Shown here piece by piece: positions 61,951-64,000 of a DNA stretch of 64,000 nucleotides. Position 1 is the first letter of the stretch. The number at the start of each line of letters is the position of its first letter. The notes below the pieces were generated by a model that worked only from the letters and a program-made list of their open reading frames with translations, had not been told where the DNA came from and made no database searches. Made by a program: the position numbers and the translations under genes. The stretch comes from Cyanophora paradoxa CCMP329 (taxonomy: Eukaryota; Plantae; Glaucophyta): the NCBI GenBank assembly GCA_004431415.1, contig QPMI01000439.1, forward strand, positions 437,289-501,288, written 5' to 3'.

Positions 61951-63199
61951 GCAGATATTTCGTAGAGCAGAGGTTCAGGAACAGCTCCGAGCTCTAGAAT
62001 CAGGTTGACCGTCACAAGTAGAGCCGCCTGCAGGTTGGCGTTCTGTTTTCGGACTGGAGGGCCGAGGTGTCAGGCCGCTTTCTTCAGCTCTTCGAGCGTT
62101 TTCTTGGGGAGGACAGGTCACTCCCAGCATCTTAATCATTTCATCGAGAGCCCGAGGCCCTGCGCCCGTTTCTCAGGAGCCAATGATTCTGCCCAGTCCG
62201 TGTCCTCCGTGCGATTCATAGGCTATCGAATAGGGCTGCATCTATGTCGTCCCGCGGCGCGTGCGTCGCTGCCAGAGGCGGGGGTCCCGGCGCATTCGCT
62301 TAGCGGGAGACCTAGCGGGTCGGGGCAGGCCGTTAGGGTGCTCTGCGCTTGGTCCAGGCGTGCATGTGCTGGCGGGCAAAGGGACAGACTTGCTCTTCGA
62401 GTCATACACTTTGTATTCGAGCCATCGAAGAACGAGAAAGATGTGATACCTCGGCGAGCCGGCGCCTCCAGGACCAGTCGGAGGTGCTGCGCGGGTCAAC
62501 TTTGACATGCGGCGCGTGCGTTCGCGGCTCGCAGGATGCGCTTGGTCTCGAAGCCGCGGATGTGCAGGTCGACCTTCTTGTCGAGCGCCGAGACCCATGC
62601 CAGGAAACACATCGTAGTGCTCGAGCCAGCGGGCTGCGGCGCTGAGAAAGGAGGAGAGGGGGGTGGAGCCGGGAGGAGACTATAGCCGGACCGTTTCTCC
62701 ACGGGAGCTGCGAGATGCGACGGTTTATGGTTTCGAGATGGCGAGGCGGAGGTCCGATAGCGCGTGTCTCACTCGGCAAGGCGTGGAGTCGGGTCCGTGT
62801 CGCGCCGCCGCCCAGGTGCGCCGGAGTTCGCTGCGCGCGCGTGAGCAGCGCCGACTCTGGCCGGCCCTGCGGGAGAACTTTTGGGTCTTGCGTGCGGGCG
62901 TGTACATGCCGAAGTCCGCGGACTGGCCGATCTCCTTGACTCGATCGAGCGCCCCGTCGAGCGCGGCGCTGAGGCGGGTCAGGCGCTGCTGCGGCGGCGC
63001 GGCGGCGTCCCGCTCGATTTCGTCGAGGATTGCTGCCACGCATTCGGCGCCGGGGCTGGTCCGGCTCAGGCTGGCCTCCAGGAGCTCCTTGAACCGAACT
63101 TTCGTCAGAGCGGCTTGCTTTCCGTACTGGAACCTAGGCGGGCGCTGGGGGGCGGGCGGCGGGCCGGACGAGAACTGGAGGCCGAGTCCGCGCCTGTCG

Positions 63200-63830
63200 T
63201 ACTCGGCGAGTACCGGGAAGTGGTCGGACTCGTAGGGCGCGTGGCGGGGGGATACCTGAACTGCCCGGAGTCCCGGCCCCGGCTGCCGTGGACTGGAGAA
63301 TGTAGTCGAGCCGAGCAGCTGTCCGCAGGTGGCCCGTCGCAGTGATCCCTCGCGGCTCAGGCCCGCGCTGTTTGTCGGGGAAGATGAAGGTGATCTGATC
63401 GTCCGTGCCCGCCAGCTTCGCAGCGTCGCGCAGGTTCCAGGCGCTCTCGCTGAGAAGCTCTCTCCACCAGCGATGCTCCGGTTCGTGTGAGCTGGCGTAG
63501 CGCGCGTTGCGGATCCGGCCGGTCGCCGGGCAGACACAGCTGTTTGAAGTCACCGAGCAGGAACAGGTGCGCCTTGTGTCGGGCCGCCCAGTCGGCGAGG
63601 ATGTTTTTTCGCATGTACTCGATGATCCGGGCGCTCTCCGTGTTTCGCTGAGGTGCGGCTTTCTCCCGGCGGCAGGTACACGCTCGCTACGAAGACCTGC
63701 ACGTTGTCCGCGAAGCGCAGCTCGCACCGACGACTCGCCCCGGCATTGAGTAGGTGCGGAAGCAGTGCTTCGCCATGTCCGCGACAGCAGCAGCGCAACG
63801 CCTGACCCGCGCGCAGACGGCTCCTTGGGG
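63200..63830 (-). CDS. APE-like endonuclease domain of LINE ORF2 (frameshifted)
   Basis: GSGVALLL, VASVYLP, LLGDF(N), RLDYIL and SDHFPV. Confidence 0.9.
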
Positions 63831-64000
63831 TCGTTCTTCTTCTTCTTCTTCTTTTTCTTCATCGGCTCGGCGCGGCGGGGCGCGCTAGGGTGGACCGAGG
63901 TCAGCATGACGCCGGCGTCGATGGCCTGCCTCATCGCTCGGGCTGCCGCGGCGGTACAGTTAAGTGATTGGACGCCATGACGCTGATCCCCAGTCCTTCA

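Larger units (their letters stand above)
54618..64000 (-). mobile_element. Non-LTR retrotransposon (APE-RT-RNase H LINE) with 3' Ulp1-like protease; 5' part outside the window
   Basis: Poly(A) tail (T13 at 54618-54630), abrupt GC jump, and domain order APE, RT, RNH, IW..RN end motif. Confidence 0.92.

Noticed and set aside
47968-64000. Diversity-generating retroelement acting on the fibre tips
   Set aside because: The RT is a LINE RT, and no template/variable repeat pair with adenine-specific mismatches was seen.

Overview
Three compartments. (1) 1-~29.5 kb: GC-rich, intron-dense nuclear DNA of a unicellular eukaryote. Introns are mostly short and many have GC donors. It carries a patatin-like phospholipase (-), a UV-damage endonuclease UVDE (+), a ~17-kb ADCY10/sAC-type adenylyl cyclase-STAND-TPR gene (+), one unknown gene (-) and small MITEs. 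(2) ~29.6-54.6 kb: an AT-rich, intron-less endogenous Polinton-like/Maverick-type virus. It encodes a double-jelly-roll MCP, two divergent minor-capsid paralogues, an A32 ATPase, a PrimPol-SF3 helicase, a protein-primed PolB with an apparently dismantled proofreading domain, an rve integrase and a patatin-discoidin fusion. It also has a ~6.6-kb cassette of bacteriophage-like fibre/receptor-binding genes (HxH repeats, H-lectin-like tip, C1q tips, probable chaperone). AAAA(T/A)TGAC motifs resembling the giant-virus early promoter precede only non-structural genes, and inverted iteron arrays suggest an origin. (3) 54.6-64 kb: a GC-rich APE-RT-RNaseH LINE on the - strand, inserted ~30 bp into a viral ORF and carrying a Ulp1/SENP-type protease domain downstream of ORF2. 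Many viral and LINE genes are split by 1-nt frameshifts, often in homopolymers; these may be assembly error or decay. All family calls come from motif recognition by eye, not from database searches.
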